From: an uncultured Bacteroidales bacterium
Lineage (GTDB): Bacteria; Bacteroidota; Bacteroidia; Bacteroidales; Paludibacteraceae
Length of the DNA stretch: 64,000 nt
Assembly (NCBI GenBank): GCA_900319995.1
Contig: ONQO01000004.1
Span: 531 to 64,530 of the forward strand
Direction: 5' to 3'
The notes beneath the pieces are model-generated. The model saw only the letters and a list, made by a program, of their open reading frames with translations. It had not been told where the DNA came from and searched no databases. Both the position numbers and the translations under genes were made by a program. Shown piece by piece: positions 62,889 to 64,000 of this stretch. Every line of letters starts with the position of its first letter. Positions within the stretch are counted from its first letter, which is position 1.

Positions 62889-63326
62889 ATGTATTCGGAT
62901 CCTACTACCTGTCTCTATTGTACGAACAATGAGACTCTTCACAATTTAATGATAGAGATTGCGCATTTGCGCGTCTCCCGTGCATTCCTGTTTAAAGAGC
63001 AGACGTATCACGGTCGTTGCTTGGTGGCTTATGACGAGCATGTAAACGACCTCAATGAATTGTCAGACGAGCAGCGCAATCTGTTCATGGCGGATGTGGC
63101 GGATGTGACACGCGCGATGCAGCGTCTTTTCCAACCTGAGAAAATCAATTACGGTGCCTATTCGGACAAACTCAGCCATCTTCATTTCCATCTGGCTCCG
63201 AAGTATGTGGACGGTCCTGATTACGGTGGCACATTCCAGATGAATCCGGGTAAAGTGTATCTCTCGGATGCTGAATATACCGAAATGGTAGAGGCGATGC
63301 GCAAAGAGTTGTCTGTTGTAAAGTGA
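62889..63326 (+). CDS. HIT-family protein
   Basis: 145 aa with the HLHFHLAPK histidine triad. Confidence 0.85.
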   Translation: MYSDPTTCLYCTNNETLHNLMIEIAHLRVSRAFLFKEQTYHGRCLVAYDEHVNDLNELSDEQRNLFMADVADVTRAMQRLFQPEKINYGAYSDKLSHLHFHLAPKYVDGPDYGGTFQMNPGKVYLSDAEYTEMVEAMRKELSVVK

Positions 63327-63339
63327 AAGGTGCCCGACA

Positions 63340-64000
63340 TTGCTTTTTAAGGAAATCATAGGACAGGATGCAGTGAAAAATCAATTGCGTCAGTCGGTAC
63401 GCGAGGGGCGGATTGCTCATGCCCAACTCTTCACCGGAATCAGCGGCATAGGCAAACTGCAACTGGCGTTAGCTTATGCCCAGTATCTCAATTGTCCGCA
63501 TCGAACGGAAGAGGATAGTTGCGGGAAATGTCCCACCTGTCTTCAGTACGAGCATTTGCAGCATCCTGATTTGCATTTTGTTTTTCCTATCGTTGGTTCA
63601 GACGAGACATGCGATGCTTTTCTTGAGCAATGGCGTGGCATCATACAGAACCGTCATTATTTCGATCTTGAGGACTGGCACAAAGCCTTGGGTTTGGAGA
63701 CGAAACAGAGTATGATCTATGAGAAAGAGAGTGGGGAGATACTGCGCAAGTTGAGTCTCAAACCTTACGGGAACGGCTATAAGGTAATGATTATATGGCA
63801 GCCGGAGAAAATGAATATAACCACAGCCAACAAACTGCTTAAGTTACTGGAGGAACCACCGGAGAAGACCGTTTTTCTTCTTGTCTCCGAGCATCCGGAG
63901 CAACTGCTTGCCACTATCCGATCCCGTGTGCAGACCATCCGCGTACCACGCCTGGAAACGGAAACTATTTCGGTGGCATTACAGCAAAGAGGCATGGAAT
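63340..64000 (+). CDS. holB: DNA polymerase III subunit delta' (5' part, runs off the window end), TTG start
   Basis: Not in the track, read by hand. TTG at 63340 gives (M)LFKEIIGQDAVKNQLRQSVREGRIAHAQLFTGISGIGKLQLALAYAQYLNCPHRTEEDSCGKCPTCLQYEHLQHPDLHFVFP...ANKLLKLLEEPP. An in-frame TAA lies at 63319-63321 and there is no ATG before the conserved N-terminus. Confidence 0.85.
   Translation, partial: MLFKEIIGQDAVKNQLRQSVREGRIAHAQLFTGISGIGKLQLALAYAQYLNCPHRTEEDSCGKCPTCLQYEHLQHPDLHFVFPIVGSDETCDAFLEQWRGIIQNRHYFDLEDWHKALGLETKQSMIYEKESGEILRKLSLKPYGNGYKVMIIWQPEKMNITTANKLLKLLEEPPEKTVFLLVSEHPEQLLATIRSRVQTIRVPRLETETISVALQQRGME

Noticed and set aside
1-64000. Search for a mobile element, prophage, integrase, transposase, CRISPR-Cas or a classical multi-gene defence island
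   Set aside because: No ORF in either strand shows recombinase (tyrosine, serine or DDE), RT, Cas, restriction-methylase or phage structural signatures. The accessory block at 27-37 kb has no detectable flanking direct repeats or adjacent tRNA.

Overview
This is a 64-kb chromosomal segment from a Bacteroidales (Bacteroidota) genome. It probably comes from a T9SS-bearing, Prevotellaceae-like lineage. That placement rests on four things: protein families, many TTTG(-33)/TAnnTTTG(-7) promoters, a T9SS type-A C-terminal sorting domain, and a GldB lipoprotein. I annotate about 55 genes, roughly 80% on the minus strand. Housekeeping genes: pckA; tsaC-sugar transferase-radical SAM-xseB; a CoA transferase and a disrupted fba; an OPT transporter; asnA; rsmA-corA; nadA; sufS; gldB; a TonB-C protein; lolD-like; tsaE; uvrC; apt; mnmG; yraN; rodA-mrdA-mreD-mreC-mreB; tRNA-Asn; adenosine kinase; plsC; HIT; holB (TTG start, runs off the end). 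Accessory and surface content: a 1750-aa LRR/Listeria-Bacteroides-repeat protein; a 1861-aa T9SS cargo (IgGFc-binding-like N-domain, PKD, about 15 Cys modules, embedded FISUMP-like lectin domain) coupled to a beta-barrel gene; a frameshifted stand-alone FISUMP-like gene; and an AT-rich block (27.2-37.3 kb) with a zeta-toxin-like pair, membrane proteins, a BspA-type LRR protein, GtrA, lipoproteins and a Big_2 protein. I saw no transposase, integrase, reverse transcriptase, cas gene, CRISPR array or rRNA. The most unusual signal is not a gene cluster. It is a pervasive population of short tandem 'word' repeats (7-, 10-, 11-, 14- and 22-mers). These repeats (i) form 11-bp-phased mosaics in two long non-coding gaps, (ii) fill two intercistronic spacers exactly, and (iii) sit in frame inside at least six unrelated CDSs. 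Other points of interest: a 22-bp perfect inverted repeat bracketing one gene and its promoter; a C-terminal tail motif shared by three large surface proteins and one orphan 78-aa ORF; tandem fucose-isomerase-like paralogues; and an apparent roughly 30-codon out-of-frame deletion in fba. All function calls come from motif recognition by eye, and no searches were run.
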